A DNA stretch of 64,000 nt from an uncultured Bifidobacterium sp. (GCF_959020155.1 NZ_CAUERC010000003.1:72902-136901); one strand, 5' to 3'. Shown: positions 10,378 to 19,768, counted from the stretch's first letter. Translations and numbers: made by a program. Notes: generated by a model not told the origin, from the sequence alone.

Positions 10378-11007
10378 ATGCGCACGATTGTCAACGATTC
10401 GACTCTAGGGATTGTGGATAATGATCCACTGGTCGCGAGCGCAATTCAAAGCTTATTGGTCGAGACATGCGCACCAATACGGATTCTATGGACCGCCACC
10501 TCAGCCGAACAAGCACTTGACGCCATGAGGGACTCTTCGCAAAGACCGCAGGTCATGCTCACCGATATCGCAATGCCTGGGATGAACGGCGTGGAATTGG
10601 CACGTCATGTCAAGGAACAATATCCAGATATTGCCGTCATCGGTATCAGCGCTTTTTTGGACAGCGAAAACGAAAAAGAGCACGGAACACAATGGCCTGA
10701 TGCGTTCTATGCGATTATTCCAAAAGAAATTCCCACGATTCAACTGGTCCGAATCATCGGAAAAGCCACTGGAAACGACGAGGTTGCGTCGTGGGCGGGG
10801 AAGAGCATAAACTCCATGCGGCTTTCCGGCAAGGAATTACAGATCATTGCCAACTATGCGAGAGGATTCACCACTTCCACTATTGCACACCAACTGAATA
10901 TCAGCGAAGCATCGGTAAAGACATATGCACGACGAGCTTTCGAGAAGCTCCATGCTCATAGTCGTGCCGAAGCTGTTGCGATGTGCGTAAGAAACGGTTG
11001 GATATAA
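10378..11007 (+). CDS. NarL/LuxR family response regulator
   Basis: Receiver domain (IVDND, DIAMPGMNG, conserved S and K) plus LuxR HTH (LSGKELQII...ISEASVKTY). Confidence 0.9.
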   Translation: MRTIVNDSTLGIVDNDPLVASAIQSLLVETCAPIRILWTATSAEQALDAMRDSSQRPQVMLTDIAMPGMNGVELARHVKEQYPDIAVIGISAFLDSENEKEHGTQWPDAFYAIIPKEIPTIQLVRIIGKATGNDEVASWAGKSINSMRLSGKELQIIANYARGFTTSTIAHQLNISEASVKTYARRAFEKLHAHSRAEAVAMCVRNGWI

Positions 11008-11009
11008 CG

Positions 11010-12137
11010 ATGAGGCTGCCCCAACAAATAATGTCATTGGCAAAGGCCGTGCGCAAGCCTTACTTAGCGGGATCCATTATCTGTATCTGCTTTTTCCTGC
11101 TCGAGCTGACCGCTTGGCCAAATATGTCACCTTGGTCATGGCTATATTTGGCTCCGTACTGCATCGCTCTGTTGCTACTGACTTGGTTCCCCGTACCGGC
11201 AAGCATGGCGATTCTTGTAACACACATAGCATGTGCAATAATCCCGGCAATATGCGATGGCCCTTCGACGTTATATGGCACATGGCTTGTATGTGGAATA
11301 GTTGCTTTTGAAATCAAACGATTTGAATTTGCCATCATGGGACCGCTGCTTTGCGCACTAGCACTTCCTTTGGGCTATTGGACAGGCGGCATCGACTACA
11401 ATCCAAGCATCCCTGTGCTTGCGTGCTCCTACATTGGAGCATTCTTCGTTGGCTTTGCCATACGGTGGAAGATACAGACAGAGCAACGGAAAACCGACCT
11501 GGCGATTGCACAAGAACAAGTTCGACGCCAGCAGAAAAGACTCAAAGAAATTCACATACTGCACGATTCCATCGCAGGAGCTATGACATATGCGATTCTG
11601 CTGTGTCGCAAGAAAGAGCCCTCAGAGAGCAGCGACACTTTGCCACAGATTGAACAAGTCCTCATGCAGGCATTACATGAGCTTCGCACTCAAATTATCA
11701 GCCCGATGACCGATGAGCTTAAGACAGACAAAGAAGAAGACACACACAAGCTCTTTCAACAACATATAGAAGCTCAATGCAGAAGACTGAGAATACTGGG
11801 GTTTACCGGGACACCAATAATCCGCGGGAATCTAAACGCAATGGACAAGTCACTACTACCATCGTTGCAAACGGTTTGTACCGAAATTCTCAATAACATT
11901 GCCAAACACGGGAAACCCGGGGCTTTTGCTTTTATCCTCTCTGTAGGACCAGATGCGGTCCGCATCTTCGCATCAAATCTATATAACGCCGCAATAAATA
12001 GTGCTCCAGAAAATCACTACGGGACAGCCCTCATACAAGATTTTGCGCAACAACATAATGGGACAATGACCATAAATTCAGAAAATGAAGAATGGTCATT
12101 GTCCCTAGCGATTCCGCTAACTCATCAAACACATTAA
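11010..12137 (+). CDS. Membrane sensor histidine kinase (HisKA_3-like, divergent ATPase domain)
   Basis: About 5 N-terminal TM helices, coiled coil, H-box LHDSIAGAMT, N-box EILNNIAKHG; adjacent to the response regulator. Confidence 0.75.
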   Translation: MRLPQQIMSLAKAVRKPYLAGSIICICFFLLELTAWPNMSPWSWLYLAPYCIALLLLTWFPVPASMAILVTHIACAIIPAICDGPSTLYGTWLVCGIVAFEIKRFEFAIMGPLLCALALPLGYWTGGIDYNPSIPVLACSYIGAFFVGFAIRWKIQTEQRKTDLAIAQEQVRRQQKRLKEIHILHDSIAGAMTYAILLCRKKEPSESSDTLPQIEQVLMQALHELRTQIISPMTDELKTDKEEDTHKLFQQHIEAQCRRLRILGFTGTPIIRGNLNAMDKSLLPSLQTVCTEILNNIAKHGKPGAFAFILSVGPDAVRIFASNLYNAAINSAPENHYGTALIQDFAQQHNGTMTINSENEEWSLSLAIPLTHQTH

Positions 12138-12152
12138 ACCAGCCACCAGCAT

Positions 12153-12692
12153 TTATTCACGGTGGCTTTCCTTTACTTCATATACGGAAACAACAAGATC
12201 CGTATTGCCGATATTGATAATGGACAATGAGGTGGCGCCAAGGAAATTCTTCGCCGGAAGAGAGACTGTTTCCACTCCATTAGACGTACAGGATTCCCTA
12301 GTGGTTAAAGTGTGCGGCTGTCCATCTTTGTAGAGGACAAGTGAGTAAGGAGCCTGCTCCTTCTGTTTGCACATGGAGACGACATAATACATATGGTTTT
12401 CGTCGACCTTTTTGGCAAATGGAATAGCACCATCGCCGTGCACGGATTTCGCGCCCAGCTTGTTCACCAGAACCAATTTGTCCGAGTTATTGAGATCATC
12501 GACGGCGACACGGTCCAAAGCGTCCACAGTAAACGTTTTATACGCTTGCTCAGCAGCATCATCGTTTTTGCTGCCGCTCTGGACAGCGTCACCTTCAGAG
12601 GTTTCGTGTACGGAATTCGCGCAACCGGCGCATGAACACAGCAACAAAGCCGACAACAAACAACAGACGCTTCTTCGCATCACTTGATTCAT
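12153..12692 (-). CDS. Putative lipoprotein of unknown function
   Basis: Signal peptide MRR + hydrophobic core + lipobox-like CAGC; GGGGG/GGGGTG SD before ATG at 12692. Confidence 0.7.
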   Translation of the reverse strand: MNQVMRRSVCCLLSALLLCSCAGCANSVHETSEGDAVQSGSKNDDAAEQAYKTFTVDALDRVAVDDLNNSDKLVLVNKLGAKSVHGDGAIPFAKKVDENHMYYVVSMCKQKEQAPYSLVLYKDGQPHTLTTRESCTSNGVETVSLPAKNFLGATSLSIINIGNTDLVVSVYEVKESHRE

Positions 12693-12801
12693 GAGACACC
12701 CCCATTGGTTGTTCTTGCGGAGAACAGCTCTACCTCCGTAAGAACAAGAATATGACACTGATATCTCAAGCGCTACACCTTGCTGTCGCACGAATGGCTA
12801 C

Positions 12802-12982
12802 ACACCCGAAAACGCTGGAGGAGCTGCACCGCCGCCACAACATGCACACCCTGTCCGGCAATTGGCGCGTACGGTACGAATGCCATGTCGCCAATGCCGG
12901 GGACTGGCTGGTGATCTGGTCATCGAACGATTCGGTCGCGTTCTTCGAACGTACCGGCAGCCACGACGAATTATTCCGGTAA
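12802..12982 (+). pseudogene. yafQ: N-terminally truncated YafQ/RelE family mRNA interferase toxin
   Basis: HTLSGNW...ECHV...DWLVIW...RTGSHDELF is the C-terminal half of YafQ. The upstream sequence does not resemble the YafQ N-terminus and no antitoxin gene is present. Confidence 0.75.
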
Positions 12983-13015
12983 ACCGACGCTGAGCGAATC
13001 GCCAGCGTCGGTTTT
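12981..13015. terminator. Hairpin terminator between the yafQ remnant and the ABC-F gene
   Basis: AAACCGACGCTG...CAGCGTCGGTTTT. Confidence 0.7.
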
Positions 13016-13078
13016 GCACATTCCGTACCGCCAAACCGACGCCTACAAGCCTCTCACCATCAGTTTGCCCGACTGGGA

Positions 13079-15256
13079 CTACTCGAGCTGTTCGGAGAGC
13101 TCCATCCATTCCATTTCGAGGGATTCAGACTCGTCCGTGACGGACTGCAACTGCTCGTTGAGCTTGCCCAGCCCCTCGTAATCGCTTGGGTCGTGCGCGG
13201 CCATCTGCGCTTCCAAATCGGCCTTCTGCTCCTCCAGCTTGGCCAGCTTGCGCTCGATGGCGGAAACGCGCTTCGACGCGTCGTGGAACGCCTTGCCGGT
13301 GAGCTTCGGCGTGGAAGCCGACGACGAATCGCCAGTGGAAGGTGAGGAAGCTGCGCCACCTACGGAAGGCGCGGTCGTAGCGGAATCGCCAGCATCGCCA
13401 TTCTTCCGCGTTTTGCAGTTCTTGCCGGACTTCTCGTCGGCGAACGGATCCTTGCCGTTCTTGATGGCCTCGGTCATGTCGAGATAATCCTGCACGCCGC
13501 CGGGCAGATGGCGGATCTTGCCGCCGATCAGCGCGAACTGCTGGTCGGTGACGCGTTCGAGCAGGTAGCGGTCGTGGGAGACGACGATCAGCGTGCCCGG
13601 CCAAGTGTCGAGCAGATCCTCCATCACGGCGAGCATGTCGGTGTCGAGATCGTTGCCCGGCTCGTCCATGATGAGCACGTTCGGCTCGTCGAGCAGGATG
13701 AGCAGCAGCTGCATGCGGCGCTTCTGCCCGCCCGAGAGGTCCTTGATCGGCGTCATGAGCTGCGCGGATTCGAAACCGAGACGCTCCATCATCTGCCCCG
13801 GCGTGGTCTCCTTGCCGTCCACGATGTAGCTCGGCTTGTAGCGGCTCAGCACTTCCTTGATCTTGTATTTGCCGAGCTTCTCCAGCTCGTCGAGACGCTG
13901 CGAAAGCACCGCGAACTTCACGGTCTTGCCGATGTTCACATGGCCGGCGGTCGGGGTGATCGTGCCGTCGAGGATCTTCAGCAGGGTCGATTTGCCGGCA
14001 CCGTTCGCGCCGACGATGCCGAAGCGGTCGCCCGGGCCGATCAGCCACGTCACGTCGTCAAGGATCTTGCGGCCGGTCACGGTGACCTTCTGCGCCGCGG
14101 ACGTGACCTCCGGCGTGGACTCGTCGGCGTCGTCACCCGACTCGTGCGACTCCTCCTCAGCCTGCCGGGCGGCCTGCGCCGCCTGTCGCGCCTCGGGCAC
14201 GCCGGCGTCCACCAACCGCGGATCGGTCAGATCGTCGACGGCGACCTCCACGCTGCCGTGCGCCTGCGGCTCGGCATACATGGCCGGCACCACGTCCACG
14301 CGCGAGGCCGAAGCTTCCATTTCCGCCACATCCGGATCGATATCGGCCTCTCCCTGCGCATGTTCGAAGATCTGCGTCACATCGATGAGATCGACCACCT
14401 GTTTGCCGAGACGCGACGTGGCCATCTGCTTCAGCTCCAACGTGTTGCGCACCGGTGGCACGTCGGCGATGAGCTCGCGCGCCGCCTTGACATGGAACTT
14501 CTGCTTGGTGGAACGGGCGCGGGCGCCACGGGTCAGCCAGGCAAGCTCCTTGCGAGCCAGGTTGCGGCGCTTCGTCTCGCGCACGTCGGCCTGGCGGTCG
14601 CGTTCCACGCGCTGCAGCATATACGCGGAATATCCGCCTTCGAACGGGTCGATCACGCCGTCGTGGACCTCCCACATCGATTCGCATACCTCGTCGAGGA
14701 ACCAACGGTCGTGGGTGACGAGCAGCAGCGCGCCCTGGCTGGACGGCCAACGGTTCTTCAAGTGCTCGGCGAGCCAGTGGATGGTCACCACGTCCAAATG
14801 GTTCGTGGGCTCGTCAAGCGCGAGAATGTCCCAGTCCTTGAGCAGCAGGCGGGCAAGGTCGGCGCGGCGACGCTGGCCGCCGGACAGGGAGCCAATCTTC
14901 GCGTCCAGACTGATGCCGCCGAGCAGCGCCTCCACGATCTCGCGCGACTTAGTTTCCGCGGCCCATTCGTAATCTTCTCGCCCTTCCAACGCGGCTTCGC
15001 GCACCGTGGCGTTGTCGTCGAGCGGGTCACGCTGGTCGAGCATGCCGAACGTCAGTCCATTGCGCATGGTCACGCGACCGGAATCCGGTTCCTGCGTGCC
15101 TTTGAACAGGTGCAGCAGCGTGGATTTGCCGTCGCCGTTCTTGCCGACGATGCCGATGCGGTCGCCTTCGAAAACGCCCTGCGTCACATCGGTGAAAATA
15201 TTCTTGGTCGCGAAAGCGAGCGAAACGTGTTCAAGTCCCAAATCATAAGTCGGCAT
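13079..15256 (-). CDS. ABC-F family ATPase (Uup-like)
   Basis: Two ABC domains (GKNGDGKST/LSGGQ/LDEPTNHLD and GANGAGKST/LSGGQ/MDEPGNDLD), no TM segments, C-terminal coiled coil. Confidence 0.92.
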   Translation of the reverse strand: MPTYDLGLEHVSLAFATKNIFTDVTQGVFEGDRIGIVGKNGDGKSTLLHLFKGTQEPDSGRVTMRNGLTFGMLDQRDPLDDNATVREAALEGREDYEWAAETKSREIVEALLGGISLDAKIGSLSGGQRRRADLARLLLKDWDILALDEPTNHLDVVTIHWLAEHLKNRWPSSQGALLLVTHDRWFLDEVCESMWEVHDGVIDPFEGGYSAYMLQRVERDRQADVRETKRRNLARKELAWLTRGARARSTKQKFHVKAARELIADVPPVRNTLELKQMATSRLGKQVVDLIDVTQIFEHAQGEADIDPDVAEMEASASRVDVVPAMYAEPQAHGSVEVAVDDLTDPRLVDAGVPEARQAAQAARQAEEESHESGDDADESTPEVTSAAQKVTVTGRKILDDVTWLIGPGDRFGIVGANGAGKSTLLKILDGTITPTAGHVNIGKTVKFAVLSQRLDELEKLGKYKIKEVLSRYKPSYIVDGKETTPGQMMERLGFESAQLMTPIKDLSGGQKRRMQLLLILLDEPNVLIMDEPGNDLDTDMLAVMEDLLDTWPGTLIVVSHDRYLLERVTDQQFALIGGKIRHLPGGVQDYLDMTEAIKNGKDPFADEKSGKNCKTRKNGDAGDSATTAPSVGGAASSPSTGDSSSASTPKLTGKAFHDASKRVSAIERKLAKLEEQKADLEAQMAAHDPSDYEGLGKLNEQLQSVTDESESLEMEWMELSEQLE

Positions 15257-15386
15257 AACTCACCAATGTAGCGCGTCGGCGGAACACCGCCTCCCGCACA
15301 CGTATTTGGGGCTTGCTCACCAGCTGCATGATGCGAAACGTAGACAGGAGACCTTGGAATGTAGGCAACGAAAACGCCCTAGAAGA

Positions 15387-15519
15387 TTCCGTAGGTGGTT
15401 TTCCGCTTCCGTAGGTGGTTGTCTTCGGATACCGCACGAAGAAAAGCCTTAAATTCAGCCTTTCCGAAACACTGGTCCATCACCCAACCACCTACGGAAC
15501 TCAGGAACCACCTACGGAA
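15387..15519. repeat. Symmetric REP/MITE-like element
   Basis: TTCCGTAGGTGGTT at 15387 and 15407; its reverse complement AACCACCTACGGAA at 15486 and 15506. Confidence 0.85.
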
Positions 15520-15567
15520 GGCACTCAGCTGGCGATTCAGTGGGGCGTGTAGCGGGCAGAACGCTTA

Positions 15568-16296
15568 TCAGCGCTCCAGCGTTGCGGCATAGGTGCTGCA
15601 CCGGGCCGCGAATCCGGAGAAAACCTGATCGGCCATCGGCTGCAGCTGCGGATTGTATTCGGCGAAGGCGTCACGTAGCTGCGATTTCGAACCGCCGGCT
15701 GCCTTCAAATCCTTCACCATGCACGGCTCGTCCAGCCACTCGTCCAACAACGTGGGGGTGACCTCCAGGTGGAATTGCAGGCCAAGCACCGAACCGAACC
15801 GGAACGCCTGGTTCTTCGTCTTCGCGCTTTTGGCCAACGGCTGTGCGCCTTCCGGCAGGGTCACCACGTCGTTGTGCCAGTGCAGCACGTCCAACGTCTT
15901 GTTCCACATGGAGAAGTAGTCGTGCTTGTCGATGCGTTTAATCGGCGCGAATCCGATTTCCGGCTCGCTGCCCTTCTTGAGTTTCGCGCCCAGCGCGGTG
16001 GCAATGATCTGATGTCCGAGGCACACGCCCAGCAACGGTTTGCCGACGCTGACGGCGGCGCGTACGAGTTTGGATTCCGCTTTGAGACCGGGATACTTGT
16101 CGGTGTCGAGCGCGCCCATGGGGCCGCCCATAATCACGATGCCGGAGACGTCACTGAAATCGGGAAGATCGGGCTTTTTCTCTTTGGCGATGTTCATCAC
16201 TTCATACGACATGCCCAAGTCGTCGAGACTATCCAAAATGCGCCCCGGTTTCTCCCACGGGACGTGTTGAAGAATCAGCACATGCGATTGCGTCAT
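15568..16296 (-). CDS. Type 1 glutamine amidotransferase (GMP-synthase-like GATase)
   Basis: MGGPMG, nucleophile elbow GVCLGHQ, WHND, catalytic QFHLE. Confidence 0.9.
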   Translation of the reverse strand: MTQSHVLILQHVPWEKPGRILDSLDDLGMSYEVMNIAKEKKPDLPDFSDVSGIVIMGGPMGALDTDKYPGLKAESKLVRAAVSVGKPLLGVCLGHQIIATALGAKLKKGSEPEIGFAPIKRIDKHDYFSMWNKTLDVLHWHNDVVTLPEGAQPLAKSAKTKNQAFRFGSVLGLQFHLEVTPTLLDEWLDEPCMVKDLKAAGGSKSQLRDAFAEYNPQLQPMADQVFSGFAARCSTYAATLER

Positions 16297-16431
16297 GCCA
16301 CTATTTTTACATCATCTGCGTAAATGACGCTCGCGATTCGGCTCTGTGTCTGCATACGTTCGCAATACGATGCCGTGCATATGCCGGGAAAACCAAGCGT
16401 CATGTCCGATTCTGGCAATATTCTCGTGACT

Positions 16432-18063
16432 ATGACAAACACGCAAGAACCGCAGAATACCAACACTTCCGGCGCTCTTGCGGTGGCGAAGGCCGCCGCG
16501 GGGCTGAAGCTGTACGACACCGCATCGCACGCCGTGTCGTCCTTCACGCCGATCAAACCAGGTCAGGTCGGTATCTACGTGTGTGGCGCCACCGTGCAAA
16601 GCTCACCGCATATCGGCCACATCCGCGCCGCCGTCGCGTTCGACGTGGTGCGCCGCTGGTTCGAGCGTCTGGGCTACAAGGTCACGTTCGTGCGCAATGT
16701 CACCGACATCGACGACAAGATCCTCGACAAGGCCGCCGCCGCGGGCCAGCAGTGGTGGGAGCGCGCGTATATCTACGAACGCGAGTTCACCGAGGCGTAC
16801 AGCAAGCTTGGCGTGGAGCCGCCGACGTACGAGCCGCGCGCCACCGGCCACATGATCGACATGATCGACCTCATCAAGAAGATCATCGACAACGGCCACG
16901 CTTATGTGGTGCGTGACGCGGACGGCACCCCGACCGGCAACGTCTACTTCGACGTGGCGAGCTGGCCGCATTACGGCGAGCTGACGCACCAGAAGCAGAC
17001 CGCGGTTTCCGACGCGGCTTCCGAAGTGACCGACGCGATGGGACCGTCCGTGGACAACGCGGGCAACGACAAGTACAATCCGGTCGACCCTGCCGACATG
17101 TCCCCCGACAAGCATGATCCGCGCGATTTCGCGCTGTGGAAGGCGCCGAAGGATTCCGATCCGCTCGACGCGCGCTGGAATACCCCGTTCGGCACGGGCC
17201 GTCCGGGCTGGCATATCGAATGCTCCGCGATGAGCCACCGTTACCTGAAGGACATGTTCGACATTCACGGCGGCGGTCTTGATCTGCGATTCCCGCACCA
17301 CGAGAACGAGATGGCGCAGACGCGCGCCGCCGGTTACGATTCGGCCGCGCGCTGGATGCATTCCGCCTGGGTCACCGCGAAGGGCGAGAAGATGTCGAAG
17401 TCGCTCGGCAACGGCCTGTCCGTGCCGGCGGTGCTGGCCGAGCATTCCGCTTGGGTGGTGCGTTACGCCCTCGGTTCCGTGCAGTACCGTTCCATGCTGG
17501 AATGGTCCGACCAGACGCTTGCCGAGGCGCAGTCCGCGCACGACCGCGTGGCGAACTTCATCGAGCGCGCGGGCGCTGCCGTCGGCGAACAGCCGTCACG
17601 AGAAGAGATTATGGCGATTTCCGCCGACGCGCTTCCCGCCGATTTCGTTGCCGCGATGAACGACGACATCAACGTTTCGGGCGCTTCCGCCGCGATTTTC
17701 ACGGCGATCCGTTCCGGCAACACGTTGCTGTCGAAGCTGGCCGACCGCGCCGATTCGGACGTGGCGAAGGCCGAGGTTCGCGAGGCGCTGGTGAACGTGC
17801 GTGCGATGCTCGACACGTTGGGCTTGGATCCGCTGGCGGAGCCGTGGGTTTCCGACGGTGCCGCAGGTGGTGCGGCTGGTGCCGGAGCCGATTCCGCCGA
17901 GCATGACGCGCTCGACAAGCTGGTTTCCGAACAGCTTGCGGAACGTGCCGAAGCGCGCAAGGCCAAGGATTTCGCACGTGCCGACGCGATCCGTGACGCG
18001 CTGGGCGCGGCCGGCATCGCCATCGAGGACGGTCCGCAAGGCTCCACTTGGTCGCTGAAGTAG
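16432..18063 (+). CDS. cysS: Cysteine--tRNA ligase
   Basis: YVCGATV, HIGH, GRPGWHIECSAM, DIHGGG.DL.FPHHENE and KMSKS. Confidence 0.97.
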   Translation: MTNTQEPQNTNTSGALAVAKAAAGLKLYDTASHAVSSFTPIKPGQVGIYVCGATVQSSPHIGHIRAAVAFDVVRRWFERLGYKVTFVRNVTDIDDKILDKAAAAGQQWWERAYIYEREFTEAYSKLGVEPPTYEPRATGHMIDMIDLIKKIIDNGHAYVVRDADGTPTGNVYFDVASWPHYGELTHQKQTAVSDAASEVTDAMGPSVDNAGNDKYNPVDPADMSPDKHDPRDFALWKAPKDSDPLDARWNTPFGTGRPGWHIECSAMSHRYLKDMFDIHGGGLDLRFPHHENEMAQTRAAGYDSAARWMHSAWVTAKGEKMSKSLGNGLSVPAVLAEHSAWVVRYALGSVQYRSMLEWSDQTLAEAQSAHDRVANFIERAGAAVGEQPSREEIMAISADALPADFVAAMNDDINVSGASAAIFTAIRSGNTLLSKLADRADSDVAKAEVREALVNVRAMLDTLGLDPLAEPWVSDGAAGGAAGAGADSAEHDALDKLVSEQLAERAEARKAKDFARADAIRDALGAAGIAIEDGPQGSTWSLK

Positions 18064-18118
18064 GCAATCGCACCCATTTCATCCGCTATCCGCGTGAAAC
18101 GCTAGACTGAGGAACATT

Positions 18119-19768
18119 ATGGCAGCATTTAGTTCTTTGACAGACCGGCTCTCGAATGCGTTCAAGCATCTGAAGAGCAAGGGCAAGCTTTCCGAGGCTG
18201 ATATCGACGGTACCATCCGCGAGATCCGCCGCGCGCTGCTCGACGCCGATGTGGCGCTCGACGTGGTGCGTTCCTTCACCAGCCGCATCCGCGAACGCGC
18301 GCTCGGCACCGAGGTTTCCGAAGCGCTCAACCCGGCGCAGCAAGTGGTGAAGATCGTCAACGAGGAACTCACCGCGGTGCTTGGCGCCGGTGTGGACCGC
18401 CCGTTGAACTTCGCAAAGAATCCGCCGACGATCATCATGCTCGCCGGCCTTCAGGGCGCCGGTAAGACGACGCTCGCCGGCAAGCTGGGCTACTGGCTGA
18501 AGGATTCCGGCCACACCCCGCTGCTCGTGGCGGCCGATCTGCAGCGTCCGAACGCGGTGACGCAGCTGCAGGTGGTCGGCGAACGCGCCGGCGTGCCGGT
18601 GTACGCGCCGGAGAAGGGCGTGCAGTCCGATGGCGGCGAAGCGGTCGTCTCCCCCGACCAGACCACCGGCGACCCGGTGAAGGTGGCCCGTGACGCCGTG
18701 GAGCTCGCCAAGCAGAAGCTGTATGACACGGTGATCATCGATACCGCAGGCCGTCTCGGCGTGGATGAGGAGCTGATGAAGCAGGCTCGCGACATCCGCG
18801 ATGCCGTGCAGCCGAACGAGATTCTGTTCGTCATCGACGCGATGATCGGCCAGGATGCCGTGCAGACTGCCAAGGCGTTCGACGAGGGCGTGGATTTCAC
18901 CGGCGTGGTGCTGTCCAAGCTCGATGGCGACGCCCGTGGTGGCGCCGCGCTGTCCGTGGCATCCGTGACCGGCAAGCCGATCCTGTTCGCCTCCACCGGC
19001 GAGGGATTGAAGGATTTCGAGGTCTTCCACCCGGATCGTATGGCGTCCCGCATCCTCGACATGGGCGACATCCTCACCCTGATCGAGCAGGCGCAGAAGC
19101 AGTTCGACGAGGAGGAGGCCCGCAAGGCCGCCGTCAAGATCTCCGACGGTTCCTTCGGCCTTGACGATTTCCTCGACCAACTTCAGCAGGTTCGCAAACT
19201 CGGCCCGATGAAGAACCTGCTTGGCATGATTCCGGGCATGGCCGCGCATCGTAAGGAACTTGAGCAGTTCGACGAGAGGGAAATCGACCGCACCGAGGCC
19301 ATCATCCGTTCGATGACTCCGGCCGAGCGTCGCGATCCCTCGATCATCGACGGTTCCCGCCGCGCCCGCATCGCCTACGGTTCCGGCGTGACGGTTTCGC
19401 AGGTCAACGCGCTGCTGCAGCGCTTCGACCAGGCCGCGAAGATGATGCGCCGCATGAGCAACAAGGTCGGCGCCGGCGTGCCCGGCTTCGGAGGCCCCGC
19501 GATGGGCGGCGGCAAAGGCAAGGGCAAAGGCAAGAAGAACAAGAAGAAGTCGGGAAAGTCCGGCAATCCGATGAAGCGTGAAGCCGAGGAGAAGGCATTG
19601 CGCGACAAGCTCGCCGGCAAGGCTTCCGGCGGCGCTTCGTCGGGTGGCTCCGCGTTCGCCAAGAAGCCGCAGAATCCGGCGCTTCCTGCCGGATTGCAGG
19701 ATATGCTGGGCGATTCCGGCGAGCTGCCGCCGAACTTGGGTGGTGGCTTGTCCGGTCTGCTGCACTAA
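18119..19768 (+). CDS. ffh: Signal recognition particle protein
   Basis: GLQGAGKTT, DTAGR, SKLDGDARGGAALS and a Met-rich M domain. Confidence 0.97.
   Translation: MAAFSSLTDRLSNAFKHLKSKGKLSEADIDGTIREIRRALLDADVALDVVRSFTSRIRERALGTEVSEALNPAQQVVKIVNEELTAVLGAGVDRPLNFAKNPPTIIMLAGLQGAGKTTLAGKLGYWLKDSGHTPLLVAADLQRPNAVTQLQVVGERAGVPVYAPEKGVQSDGGEAVVSPDQTTGDPVKVARDAVELAKQKLYDTVIIDTAGRLGVDEELMKQARDIRDAVQPNEILFVIDAMIGQDAVQTAKAFDEGVDFTGVVLSKLDGDARGGAALSVASVTGKPILFASTGEGLKDFEVFHPDRMASRILDMGDILTLIEQAQKQFDEEEARKAAVKISDGSFGLDDFLDQLQQVRKLGPMKNLLGMIPGMAAHRKELEQFDEREIDRTEAIIRSMTPAERRDPSIIDGSRRARIAYGSGVTVSQVNALLQRFDQAAKMMRRMSNKVGAGVPGFGGPAMGGGKGKGKGKKNKKKSGKSGNPMKREAEEKALRDKLAGKASGGASSGGSAFAKKPQNPALPAGLQDMLGDSGELPPNLGGGLSGLLH

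Noticed and set aside
8254..12810. Target-site duplication or terminal inverted repeats at the island ends
   Set aside because: No convincing shared repeat was found by eye, so the island is not called a defined mobile element.
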